The notes: generated by a model from the sequence alone, not told the origin. A stretch of DNA of 63,718 nucleotides, filler included, from Lenisia limosa (GCA_001655205.1; 12 parts of 12 records of this genome joined end to end with filler, not necessarily neighbours in it), one strand, 5' to 3'. Numbered from the whole stretch's first letter, positions 53,201 through 63,570 are shown. A program made the numbers and translations.

Positions 53201-55398
53201 GTGTCTTTTGGGTGTGGTTTTGTGCAGTTTCAGATTCTTTGTTTCTTTGATTCTGAAACTGNNNNNNNNNNNNNNNNNNNNNNNNNNNNNNNNNNNNNNN
53301 NNNNNNNNNNNNNNNNNNNNNNNNNNNNNNNNNNNNNNNNNNNNNNNNNNNNNNNNNNNNNNNNNNNNNNNNNNNNNNNNNNNNNNNNNNNNNNNNNNNN
53401 NNNNNNNNNNNNNNNNNNNNNNNNNNNNNNNNNNNNNNNNCGATATGCAATGTAATTTTCACAAGGAAAATGTCAAGACATATCCTGTCACTTTGCATAC
53501 CCCGCACACACAATAACATCTAGATGTATAGTATTACACTGTATAAGTGATTGGGATGCGGTGCTGCAGAAGTGACTGGCCTGGGCTTTGTTCCTTGTGT
53601 TGTCAGCCAACTTTTTTTCATAAATTTTCCAATTTTACCCTCCTCCCCACAGCCACGAGCACGGCACCCCCCACGCTGCTTGTCGAACACACACAAACGA
53701 AGCCCCTTAGGCCCCCCAGGTTTATTAAGTCCAATGTATTATTCGTATCTCTTCCTTACTGTGGGGATGAAATNNNNNNNNNNATGAATATTATATTACA
53801 AATCCCCACAATATGTGCTTCTGTGTTGGCATTAGTGTTCCATGGGCATAATTTAGTTCTACCTCTCTCTCCCCCCCTCGCCACCATCATTTGTGGCTGA
53901 GCCTCCAACTCCAATGACAAACTCCCGACACCCTTTTTCGTAAGCTTCCTAGGATGTTAGTAGCTATATTGTTGGTCAAAGGAACATTATTGTAAATGTA
54001 AAAGAAGGTGATTTCATTTTGACTGAAAGTGATTATGGATCTAATGAGATATCTACATCCATGCAAAGCTTTAATAGTAAAAAAAACACCAAAGTAATAA
54101 AACAACATCAAACCGAAGACATAGCTTCACCTTACCTGTCCTAACCAACTGGTCAACAATAAAACCGCAGCATCAAAAACCGCAGCATCATCAAAACCGT
54201 GACCAAAGAATGTTCTACCCCAAGCAAACCAGCATCAGTTGGCCAGTGCCGAAGGTGGTGGTTTTCATGGGGTTGAGATACTTCTTGGGAACTAGGTCAA
54301 TACCTAGGGAATGGGTGAGAACTAGGTCAATACATCACTTTTTCGGTCATTTCATCCGTGTGAACAAACCCACTAATCAGCCCAACACACCCCACACACA
54401 CACTAGTTTCCAGTTCACAGTCTACCCCCATACCCGAAGCAACTGCCATTTCGATGATGGCTTTGCCCTGGCCGTTATGCAGGTATCTTCCGGGGGTTTT
54501 TTCCTCGGGGTATGGAGCGCATACCTGGGGGGGGGTGAGTATGAAAGTACATTATAAACGACACTAACAATCCAGAGAGGACAAGGGATAGCATTACGGG
54601 GTACAATATGCTTTGAACATATAGAATGAGAAATAAAACAAAGTTTTATCTGGCGGAAGCCGTCCACACCATCACGCTTATAAGCGATATTGGTGAATGA
54701 ACAGATGCTCGAATTAGGCTGCCAATTATTTGATTCACCGTGTAAAAGACTACAGTTTTCAGATGGATGAGTATGGACATACACTCAGTTCAAATATACC
54801 CCCTCATGCGTAAATGGTCATATACTAAATATCATACAACACAACCATCATAGGTTTCCTCAACGAGAGCCAACCCCGCTCACCTCCATTTCTTCGGCCG
54901 TGAACACCCCCGGACAAGCGCCCTCGACAGCGGCCAAGAAGCCGTCCCCTCCATCGGCGATCTCAATGGCTGTGATCTTGGCATCTGAAGCGTTATGTTC
55001 TGCTGGGCGGGAAGTGGGAGTAACGTCATTTGAGGGGAGGGGGAAGGAGGGCTTAAAAATATTCATGATTAATGAGGTGAAAAAAAAGCTAGACTCCGAT
55101 TGAAATACCACAAAGTAGAATGTAGCCTCGGAGAAGAGGGATTCCTCCTCGGGTATAATAGAAAATAATTTGCTACAATCAAATCAATTAACTAGCCCAA
55201 TTTATCTGTAATAACAATCATCATGGTCGCACATCCATTTCCAAACATCCCACCCTTCACCACCATCACGCAACCCCTCCCACGTGGATGGGTCCGTGCA
55301 ATGCCACTGGCAACGGCTCTCGCCACCCTCTTGGAGGAGCATGTTCCTTTAAACGAGTCCGGCGCAATGAGCACGGATACAGCCTCTGCCGTCGTCAT
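47280..55398 (-). CDS. glxK: Class I (GlxK/GarK-family) glycerate kinase, complete, about 17 exons including a 3.9 kb intron
   Basis: MTTAEAVSVLIAPDSFKG; IEIADGGDGFL; GKAIIEMAVASG; IDLVPKKYLNPMKTTTFGTGQL; VIGVGGSATNDAGLGCMQALG; VACDVENPFVGPNGAVNIFAKQKGA; SGAGAAG; ADVVVTGEGKFDGQTLQGKAP. All family motifs are in order; stop at 47280-47282. Confidence 0.92.
50105..50368. mobile_element. MITE family G second copy (right end in gap); a third left end lies at ~12961
   Basis: ~265 bp nearly identical to 52657-52920. Confidence 0.8.
51080..53710 (+). CDS. PH-domain protein gene nested antisense inside the glycerate kinase intron; start not located
   Basis: Exons 51080-51150 (LSVLCTGSVLLRASPS), ~51465-51495, 51977-52089, 52514-52575, 53077-53139 and 53653-53710 splice in phase to ...IGLRDVINIACGVPSEGLISHRLTGLTDRVFTVTTKQRSIELVADSKEHRQQWVVGLALLLQ..., a PLC/PRAF-type PH signature. 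Confidence 0.8.
51602..51676. mobile_element. MITE family B copy in an intron of the nested gene
   Basis: (t)agtgaccgggataagtcttgaccgatt...aatcggtcaagacttatctggtcactg. Confidence 0.8.
52657..53026. mobile_element. MITE family G (~370 bp) with ~38-bp imperfect TIRs
   Basis: Left end ATATGCTCAAGGTCCAAAATTATGTCGTTA; reverse complement of right end ATATGCTCGAGGTCCTAAACTATGTCGTTA. Confidence 0.8.
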
Positions 55399-55689
55399 AA
55401 TCACCACAAGAAAAAAACAAAGGATCAGTGAAAAAAGATTTGAGGTTTTCTGGAACGTAAAGACAGTTCTCCGTCTAAGCTTTTCACAGCTGGTGTATAA
55501 TTAGAAAGGTGTTGTTGTGAGGGGAAAAGGGAAAAGATCCGTTTGTGGAGAGGAATTCCCTGAAAAGGGGAATCTTTAGACCAAAGATCGTGTATAAACT
55601 CGTTTTTTTGCAGCGCTCGTCCTTTACTTTTAGAGCAATTAAGTGTCCAAATAAGATATTATTATCTAATTTCAGCAGAGTAAGGCAGG
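55399..55689. promoter_or_regulatory. Candidate bidirectional promoter between glycerate kinase (-) and RNASEH2B (+)
   Basis: Divergent ATGs at 55398 and 55690, 291 bp apart; no motif identified. Confidence 0.55.
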
Positions 55690-57663
55690 ATGAGTAGCAG
55701 TGATGATGAAGACTACAACATGGGTTTGCGGATTTCTTGTGACACGGCGTTAACTTGATTTCGTCAATATTTTAAGTGCAGGAGAAATGGTTTTATGCAA
55801 AAACAAAACAAAAAACAAAAAAGATGTAGTTGTTTGGGGAATCGTAGCAGATCATTTCTCTTCTATTCTCAGGCATGTAACCCTGATCCCAAATATCTTC
55901 TTCCATGCCGTTTGCCATCTCTGACTGAAGTTTGCAAACTTGCCTCTTGCAGCTGACATTGCCTTAGTCTTGATAAAACTTTGTTTGATTTCACATCTCT
56001 ATATATAGTCGTAGTGTTATAGGCATTGGCTAACTGCTGTAGGGATGGATATGGAGGATTTCAATCCGAAGAAAGGCCAACCGACTCATCCACCTGCTAC
56101 TCTCATGATCCTACCTAAGGGCAAAGAAAACCCCGCTAAATGGAGCCTTGTCGAGCTTGCAACTCCCGCCGATGGTTGGAAGAAGGAGGGACTTAAGTTT
56201 AAAGGCAATAGAGAGAGGGTGACTTTTGGAAATCAAAGCATTAACGATCCTGACACAACCATGAACGCCTAACACTAATAATTCTCGGAGAAAGCTTCGT
56301 TATCAACATTTAATAAACAGTCGTACGTGAGTCTATCATTTATTACCCGTTTTTGCTGCCCCCTGCCTGATCCAAATGAAGGAGGGGAATACCCACAACA
56401 TCATATAGTCGTACATCAAGACAACTCTCCGAATTCAGATCCTTAATGTCACAGGATCCGATGGGATGTTTGCTGTTTATGATGACAAAGAACTCTACGA
56501 AGTCTCCACTATCACAAACGAGTTTTCCTCTTTCCAGCATAATGGTGTCGTTTACCCAGGTATGGCATCCAGTCGTCAATATGAATAGTAGTAGTTTTTT
56601 TGAAGTAAAGTCTCTATTGAAACTTGGAAAACGTGAAAAATATGACCGCACCTTTTCTCACATCTTCACCCCTCCACAGAAAAGAGTATGACGATCATGA
56701 CCCCCTTTGACCCTCTAGTGCTTTTCGTCAAGGAATTAAAGAACAAGGTATGGTGAAAGCTTTATTATCCTATAAAAAAATTTTCGGAATAATTGGTTTC
56801 GCCAAAAGCTATATTGTCTTACTCTCTTTTAGAATTCTGGACAATACATGATTTACGATGAGGTTGGCGGGGACGTATCCCTAGGATTCGCACTGAAGAT
56901 TTCTCTGAAATCATATTATCCCTTGGTACCTTCTTCTCATATAAGGGCTTTGTATTTTAAAAAAGTTCCGCTGGGATTTGAGAGGGCTTCTCTCTGTTCT
57001 GAGAAAGATCAGTACTATATCTATACTTACCTGGGGTTTTTCGAGGANNNNNNNNNNNNNNNNNNNNNNNNNNNNNNNNNNNNNNNNNNNNNNNNNNNNN
57101 NNNNNNNNNNNNNNNNNNNNNNNNNNNNNNNNNCCCGCCATTCTCAACCAAATATGCCTTACAGAAAGTGGGGTGGGGGGATAATTATATAAATAACAAT
57201 CTAGGGATATGAATAAAAACATAATCACAATTACAAAGAGTGCGGGGGTGAATGTCTTCTCAATAGGTTTTTCTATTTCTCCTTTCTACAAAGAAAAGTA
57301 CGGGGGTCTAGCCTAGATTGCCCTAGAGTTCTTCCATGAATTAACGAAGGAAACAAGGATGATGGATTTGTAACGGCTTGTCCGTAGGGCTTCACTTCGG
57401 TTCGAAAAATACCGGCAAAATGTTTATAGTTTTCAAGTGTTTATCGAGAAATTTAGTCCTTTTTTTTGAACCGAAGTGAAGCTCTACTTGTTTGTATCTT
57501 GATTTCTTTCTCTTAGTTCTTTAGTCTCCAATTTGTTGTATTTTACATAGTAGATGTTGTCGACCAGGTTGCAGTGAAATACTCGAAGGAAAAGGAGGCA
57601 GAATACCACAGCAAAAAGGCCGAGCGTCTCGCTGAAAGCCTGGTTTCAGACCCATCATATAGG
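55690..57663 (+). CDS. RNASEH2B: Ribonuclease H2 subunit B; 3' part lost in the gap at 57710
   Basis: WSLVELATPADGSDGMFAVYDDKELYEV; MTIMTPFDPLVLFVKEL; GQYMIYDEV; VKYSKEKEAEYHSKKAERL. Colinear with the RNASEH2B motifs (TPVDPLF; YKYSKEKTLKWL) as I recall them. Confidence 0.75.
57387..57484. mobile_element. MITE family A full copy with TA target-site duplication, in an RNASEH2B intron
   Basis: TA-GGGCTTCAC...GTGAAGCTC-TA. Confidence 0.8.
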
Positions 57664-57849
57664 GTAGGCAAGTAATATCAGACCAAACCAGATTTGGAGG
57701 GTTCTGTTANNNNNNNNNNNNNNNNNNNNNNNNNNNNNNNNNNNNNNNNNNNNTTAATTAATTAANNNNNNNNNNNNNNNNNNNNNNNNNNNNNNNNNNN
57801 NNNNNNNNNTGATAATGTTTCTCAAATTCAATTCTCCCCTAACATTGAA

Positions 57850-60800
57850 GGAACGGTTTACTTCTCAATGTTTTCGCTGATTGACTCGCGACTCGAGGTT
57901 TTTACCGATATCATCAATGGCGTGAGGTCGATCAAGTTGGGTTGGATCCTTTTTTGAGTTTCTATCTTATTGTTTATTTATTATTTGAAAAAAAGAATCA
58001 TATTCATCACCGTTTTGATATGTGATTTCCCTAGGAGAATCGGTCAAGACTTATCCCTGTCACTGTACATACTACATACAATATCTCTTAAACGTGATGG
58101 TGTGGACGTACATCCTTTTCGCATCTCACCGGGATAAGTCTTGACCGACTTGCTCTATGATTTCCCTAGGAGAATCGGTCAAAACTTATCCCAGTCATTG
58201 TACATCAATATATATTTAGTATATAGTTATCTGGATATTAAATTCAGTTAAACTTCAGCAGATATTGTGTCGCTCCTTACGCTATCAGGTTTTCTGCATG
58301 GGAGTCGGCTTTTCTTTCCATTCTGGATTCATACAGAAAAACACGTAGGGTGGATTCTCAAAGTATTACCTCCGTTACTAGCATCATTAAGCTATGACAT
58401 AGTACCCACCTCCAGTTCAACACCATTAATTTCCTCAATTAGTTGAGATACTTGTTTCTAATATCCGTTGATTATGACTTTCTTTATCTACATGATTCTT
58501 TCCTGCTAACATTTAGAAATGGTTGGAGTTCGAAAGATTGGCAAAATGGGCGCCAGTTTTATGACAATCTCAACCCTCGGCTTCCCCCTCGGTTTGCAAT
58601 ACATATGATAGGGGTACCACTCTTTTCGGGTTAACACTCTGTCTGTATTTTTTTGTATCCTAAGATTTTTCTTGTTTTTTTCTCATAGTTATCCCTTATC
58701 TATTTTACCTTTTAACCGCTTTAGCTACTATATCAGCCTTTTCGCTCTACATCGTTTTTGGTGACGAATATTCTCTTGCTGATGTTGGTCCTGGGATATT
58801 TAAAGCAGGGTGCCAACCCCGAAGCTGGCTCGGAGAATCCACAAATAAAGCCAAACCCGAGCGTATCCTGCGGGATTTATAGTTACTGTCATACAAGTAG
58901 TTGTTTTGTTATTGTTCGGATATCTGTGACAATTTTCTGGATTGGCACCCTGCGTTAAGAAGCGAAAATTTCAGAATTAGGAAACAGAATAATAGTCTAA
59001 GAAGTGGACTCGGAAAGGGTGTTTTTCAAGCATTTAATCAATAATCAGGATGATGAAATGTCTTGCCAATATTCTCTTAAGAGATTTTTTTTCTCCCTTA
59101 ATTCTCATTTCATCTCACCCCTGTAGTTATTTGCCTCTTTTGTGCTGTTTGTTCTCATGGCGCATCCAGTGGTGATGGTTCCTGTGGTTGGTGGTGGTGA
59201 TGGTGTTGTTTTGTTTTGTTGGTAATGGAGTTAGTTGTTTTGTTGTTTTTGGTTGGTTATTCCCTGCGTTCCACCATCACCCCTTAACACTGTAGGCGGT
59301 CAATGATGTTGTTGCCATTTCTACCAGCTTTTCAAGAATTGCGGTTTGTGGTGAGACGTTTTCTTTAATGATCAAGATGAGAGCAAGATTTTAGATTAAT
59401 TGGCTCAATAGTGCTAGCTCCCATAAAGCTCATCTTTACGATTGATAAGGTTATACAAGCTTCCTTTTTCCTTACCAACCTATATTTCAGAAAGAAATGC
59501 ATATTTATTCAGCAGTGTTTTTTTTACTAATAATTTTTTTTTTCAAGCTTTCAAGAATGGAATTGGTCAGAGAAGCTGATTAAATGAACCGAACTGTCTC
59601 TTCCCAGTAAAAAACCATTTCTTTCCCCCGTAGTTCAATCCCTCCAAAGTTGAAATTTGAGTATTTTAGGAATATGAAAATAAGTTGCTCCTCCCAGCCC
59701 CAACCCCAACACTGACTATTTTTAGGCTGTTCTAGGTGTCGACCGCTCAGATGCCCATCAGCCTCTCAGTAAAAGGGGAAATTCAACTTTTTTTGGACTC
59801 GAGGGTACCCTGGTGTCGCACAAGCGAATGCGTGACTGAATAAAGAGCACTCTAACGCCTCAAGGAGTCCCATACCCGGGGATTTTGGATCTTTGTGCTG
59901 ATAGATCGCCCAATTATTATCTAGATGTCAAAATGATGTTTGTAATATTCCAGGATTAATGGTGCTCTCTACTCTACTAACTGCGTCTTCTTTATTTTTC
60001 GAGAATTCATAATAATACTGTTATATCATCAATGATTCCAAAATCTAAATCTCTAATTTTTCCTACTCTTTTGATAAAGTCTCTCACTTCTTCCAACTCT
60101 TTAGATAAGGTTTTTGACGACTCCAATTGTGTCGAGATTGTTGGAGCGGAATTTTCATTCCCCAAACTGGAAGAAGTGGCGAAGGCTGATGATAGCAGGT
60201 TGGGGGTGGGGGTGATGGAAGGTGTGTCTGTGTGTGTGTGTGTGTGTTGTATATGGTGTGTCTGTGTGTATATGTTTGTGTGTCTATATGGGTATATGTG
60301 TTTCTATGTGTGTCTGTGTATGTGTCTCTATGTGTGTCTGTGTATGTGTAGGTGTCTCTGCGGGTGTGTGGGGTAGGTAAGTGTTATGATGATAGGTGTA
60401 TGTGGGGGGGTTAAATGTTGAGGAGGGAGGTGGGGTGTGATTGATATTACGTGAAAAGTCTTGAATGATTTTGAGATCTGATTTCTCAAAATCATTTAGT
60501 CATAATTACGGTCAAATTTATGAAACGATATCATAGTCTTATCACTTGACAATCAATGCATTTTTATTTCTTTTCACTGCTGTAGTTTGAGTGACAAGAA
60601 GGTAGACAGCAAGGATGATATGCAGAAGGTTGAAAAGGAGAACATTGAAGAAAAAAAGAAAGAAGATAGTGTTTCAAAACAGCAATTACAGCCAATTGAA
60701 GGAACTACTGATGAAAATATCTCAGAAACTAAAACCGTTATACTTAAGTTGGAAGGGATTCAATTTTTGACTGATAATTAATTTTATTGCTCAGTCCACA

Positions 60801-61452
60801 TCTTTGGATGCTTTATTCCCTTACAGATTATACGATAGAACCATTTCAGATTGTCTACTGTTCTGGCAACTGCACCTTAATGGGAACTAATATTCTAATG
60901 ATTCTTAATTATCCTGAAATTTACGAATTTCTAACTATTTAGAGATATCAACGTGTCCATTAAAAGGGGCTCATTTGTTGCTGTTGTTGCACGAGTTGGT
61001 GAAGGCAAAAGTACATGTTTGCGGGTTTTCCTTAATTTCATTAAAAGCGTTATCTCCATGAATTATACTGTGATCTGGTGATTGATGATATGAGTATGGA
61101 TACTCTTATGAAAATAAGCATGTCACTTACACTCTCTATGATTGAAACGTATTTAAGTTACTCTTATTAGTTCTTCGTGGTTTGATCAGAGATCTTGAGT
61201 TGCAGCCAGCAGAAAACAGAACGTAAGTGCTCTTTTACACAAATAATACATAAAGCAAGGTTTTAAATTGAACTTCCCAAATCTAAATCACGCAAGTTAC
61301 GCTCGGTTATGGTTCTTTTTGTCCTTCGACCGAGCATGGTTTTGGAACAATAACCTGTTTTAAGGCTCAATAGCCTTCGCCACCCCCCTTCACCTTTCAG
61401 ATCGGACCGACCAGTTTTATCGATGTCCGGATCGGTTGCATACGCCCCCCAG
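57850..61452 (+). CDS. ABCC: ABC transporter subfamily C (MRP-like): TMD1 to the start of NBD1, partial
   Basis: DSRLEVFTDIINGVRSIKL / FSAWESAF; TM exons; DINVSIKRGSFVAVVARVGEGKSTFLRGLI (Walker A); SGSVAYAPQ (Q-loop). Confidence 0.88.
60221..60370. repeat. Compound TG microsatellite in an ABCC intron
   Basis: (TG)n mixed with TGTGTCTGTGTATG units. Confidence 0.85.
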
Positions 61453-62149
61453 GTAATATTTTGAAGGCAAAAAAATATGTTGAATAAAGTAACATCTAGG
61501 GAAATAAAATACAAAGGAATGCCAGAAAACAGGTCACACACTTTGCAAAAACCGAACCCAAACCAAGTTGATTTTCATCCTCTGACCTGCTAATTTTATC
61601 TTATCTTCCAGTATTTTCCTTATATATTTATCTTACAGATATATTAGTTACCCCCCCTCCCATAATAAATAATAACTAAGGCTTTCGTATGGTTCAAAAA
61701 AGACCGGTCAAAATATCGATATTATCGAGTATTTATCGAGAAACTCAGTCTTTTTGGGACCGTAGGGAAGCCCTGACTAACTTACACCCCATAATATAGT
61801 ATTAACACCCCTCACTACGGCCCATTGACTTGGGATTCCTATATCATATGAGAATCCATAAATTTCTTCAAATTTCAATAAAATACTATGGGATGATTCC
61901 TATGTCAAATATGGGAATTCCAACGTTTTCACAAAATCCCAAGTCGATGCGACGTAGTGTAATANNNNNNNNNNNNNNNNNNNNNNNNNNNNNNNNNNNN
62001 NNNNNNNNTTAATTAATTAANNNNNNNNNNNNNNNNNNNNNNNNNNNNNNNNNNNNNNNNNNNNACGTCCCCCCACCCTGGTCAGTTCCTATCACCACAA
62101 CGTCCCCCCACCCTGGTCAGTTCCTATCATAACTCCTTGTTCGTACACT

Positions 62150-63570
62150 GTCGGTGCATTGAAGCTGAAAGTACCTGTAGAAATGAAGACCTCAAACAGA
62201 GTGGGCTTATCGATAACGGGCTTCACTTCAGTTACAAAATACTGGTAAAATATCGAAGCTCTCGAGGATTTATCGAGAAATTCATTTATTTTTTTTGAAC
62301 CAGTGAAGCCATTGATGGAAAACGGCGGAAGTACTATGTCATATGCGTACCCCCCCCCCCATCANNNNNNNNNNNNNNNNNNNNNNNNNNNNNNNNNNNN
62401 NNNNNNNNNNNNNNNNNNNNNNNNNNNNNNNNNNNNNNNNNNNNNNAGGCCCAATGTCATCAGGATTGCCGTTTGAAGTTGAAATGGTGTTAATGAACTT
62501 CAGGTCCATAGATTTCACGGCTTTACGGAAGGTCGTGATGCCCCAGTGGTGCTGTCGGGGATAATGGAGGAAAACTCTTTAAAAATTTATCCACTTCATA
62601 AACCACAACTCAGGAGACAATCTGCCCACAGTATTTCCTGTAGTTTCTGAAGAAAACGTAAGGTACTCAGTGTTTGTAATGATGTTGGGGCGAAAGCTGG
62701 AGGTGTCTATGACTGCAATGGTTGGAATGAGAAATGCCGTATGAGGCTTCAAAGGGGAAAAGCCAAGCAATAACATGGTTATACTCATCAAGCCCATTCA
62801 AATCATCACTAAAAGATGACGTTTAGTCTTCACTTGCTATAGAACTCTCTTTTATCACTTCACCACAAACAAGATNNNNNNNNNNNNNNNNNNNNNNNNN
62901 NNNNNNNNNNNNNNNNNNNNNNNNNNNNNNNNNNNNNNNNNNNNNNNNNNNNNNNNNNNNNNNNNNNNNNNNNNNNNNGTGGCATTCATTCCGATGACGG
63001 TGTTGAGGGCCGTGGGGACAATAACCTCGCTGCCTGAATAATCAGTATAGCGTTAGGCCTGACCAGTATTGTTCCTTCTCTTATTCAAAACCCATGCTAA
63101 AACCCTCTTTGTAAAGGGCTACCATATAATTTATGGTCCAACAGCCTACCATCCTCGTTACAACGCACTCCAGCAAAGGTGGCGTCTTCGAAGAAATGAT
63201 GGTGGGGAGGGCTAACAAAGCAACTGTGCTGTACCCTGATTCGTAAGACCAATTAGATGGAATTTAACATTAAAAGATCGGAAAAAATAATACAAATGGA
63301 GGTTTGGTTGTGGTTTAGTTCATATTGCCCTATTAGAATTCCCTATAAGCCATGATTATCGATCCTTTCAAAAAGTATTCCCGATAAGTATCCATAGTTC
63401 CATGTCTTCGTCAGTCCAACAAGACAACTTTAACTGCAAACAAACTACTCCAACTCAATGCCCCACTCTGCACAGGATTTTGCAGGATTCAGAGCCGAGC
63501 CTCTGCACATCGGCTCCGTAACAATACGTTGCCACAAGCCGTCAATACATATGGCTAATACCTGCAGTGG
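62150..63570 (-). CDS. Unidentified multi-exon gene, possibly the extracellular domain of a membrane receptor
   Basis: Open exons HHWGITTFRKAVKSMDLKFINTIS, KLQEILWADCLLSC, GSEVIVPTALNTVIGMNA and HFFEDATFAGVRCNEDG with canonical splice sites. Confidence 0.4.

Noticed and set aside
60032-60376. 114-aa ORF rich in Cys/Val
   Set aside because: Translation of the TG microsatellite.
60980-61015. ABCC Walker A reading ARVGEGKS instead of GxxGxGKS, suggesting a dead NBD
   Set aside because: Still fits the [AG]-x4-GK[ST] P-loop pattern, and using the donor at ACAT|GT gives a normal GKSTFL continuation.
2919-62064. Eleven identical TTAATTAATTAA palindromes
   Set aside because: Each is centred in a ~100-nt N block; an artificial six-frame-stop spacer.
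619-62564. Many ORF-track entries containing X runs
   Set aside because: They stay open only because N gaps remove stop codons.
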